From: a virus
IMG/VR virus record: IMGVR_UViG_3300009182_000002
Coordinates: 33,730 to 97,729 of that record
Length of the DNA: 64,000 nucleotides
Strand: one strand, 5' to 3'
Shown here piece after piece: positions 63,141 through 64,000 of this stretch (within the stretch, counting starts at the first letter, position 1; each line of letters starts with the position of its first letter). Position numbers and translations under genes: made by a program. The notes under the pieces are model-generated. The model worked only from the letters and a program-made list of their open reading frames with translations. It did no database searches and was not told the DNA's origin.

Positions 63141-63731
63141 TTAGGTGTCGATATCGTGAGCGGTGAGGTTGACGGTCTTGACGTTCAAAGCGTGGGCAGC
63201 GTCACTCAAAAGCATCTCAGAGTGGACGCGAACCGTCAGCACATTGCTAAACACTCTGCGCTGTTGATCAGTGAAATCTCTCTTGGTGAAATTCAGGATG
63301 AAAAGGGATCGAACGCTGTCATCCTCTGGGACGTACAACGACTGGTATTTCGGGGTTAGTACTGAGCGGTAGAGGGCATCGAGGATTGCGCGGTCGTGAC
63401 GGGGGTGGCGGGCCCACGTAGTGACTTGGTAATCAAGGTTGTAAGGGACCGGATAATCCCAGAAGACGGTCTCTCCCTGAGTAGGAGGCGTAACTCCCTC
63501 GGGAAGGTGGGGCCACCATTTGGTGCTCACGGTGCCGCGCATCGCACGGTCGGTGGCTTCGGAGACGTCGATCAGATCGACGGTGATGTAGGGGTAGGCC
63601 TGAGCCTGAATCTCAATATCGGGCTGGCCAAACCACACGCCTACGGGCCGAGACGGGTTCTTGTCGTCGGACACCGTGATACCCGAGAGCAGCGTCTTGA
63701 GGGCCTTGTCCTCGTTCAGGATGAAGGTCAT
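63141..63731 (-). CDS. Tail terminator / neck protein
   Basis: YPYIT, P.P..L.YQV; directly upstream of the sheath. Confidence 0.65.
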   Translation of the reverse strand: MTFILNEDKALKTLLSGITVSDDKNPSRPVGVWFGQPDIEIQAQAYPYITVDLIDVSEATDRAMRGTVSTKWWPHLPEGVTPPTQGETVFWDYPVPYNLDYQVTTWARHPRHDRAILDALYRSVLTPKYQSLYVPEDDSVRSLFILNFTKRDFTDQQRRVFSNVLTVRVHSEMLLSDAAHALNVKTVNLTAHDIDT

Positions 63732-64000
63732 CGCACACTCTCCCCAGAGTGCAAGCCGATGCGATTGCGGAATTGCTGCATTACTGCATTCGGAGGCGCG
63801 CTCTGGGTGCCGTACTCCAGATCCTCGACCTTCCTAGCAACGGACTCCGGGTAGTGGATATCGAAGTCGCCGTCGTTGTGCCGCACCGTTAGGTGCCTAG
63901 CAATAGACGTGGGCCAGCCACTCCGGTACGCGGAGCGGCGGAGGCGGGAGGTCAGCCTGCGGGCGGTCTGCTCGCTGGCCTGCACCAGTGCCTGCTCGTA
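63728..64000 (-). CDS. Neck/head-tail protein (partial; frame open to the window edge)
   Basis: LEYGT...PP motif (HK97 gp10-like). Confidence 0.55.
   Translation of the reverse strand, partial: YEQALVQASEQTARRLTSRLRRSAYRSGWPTSIARHLTVRHNDGDFDIHYPESVARKVEDLEYGTQSAPPNAVMQQFRNRIGLHSGESVR

Overview
This is a 64-kb segment of a large contractile-tailed (myovirus-type) dsDNA phage. The host is almost certainly an actinobacterium (two WhiB genes, an MSMEG_6728-type glycosylase, high GC). Layout: (1) 1-9.7 kb, + strand, early/accessory region. It opens with a type II hammerhead ribozyme ahead of a MoxR AAA+ / HExxH-peptidase / vWA operon, followed by about 20 small genes (many Cys/His-rich), repeated structured intergenic elements and a tyrosine-integrase remnant. 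(2) A convergent terminator at about 9.85 kb. (3) 9.9-41 kb, - strand: class II RNR, a nucleotidyltransferase/HAD-like/TGT-like trio, small unknown genes, a metallophosphoesterase, SpoVS, recombination genes (RuvC, Hjc-like, Cas4-like, RecA) and replication genes (PolA, SSB, SNF2 helicase, primase, DnaB, DnaC-like loader, initiator with internal iterons). (4) 41-64 kb, - strand: baseplate, fibre, two tandem paralogous tape-measure proteins with different cell-wall hydrolase cassettes, a chaperone with a probable +1 frameshift, tube, sheath and neck genes. The most notable observations are the hammerhead and other RNA structures punctuating the early region, the duplicated tape-measure proteins, and a strongly over-represented 8-mer (GTTGCTAG) across the window. 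All family calls come from motif recognition by eye; no database searches were run.
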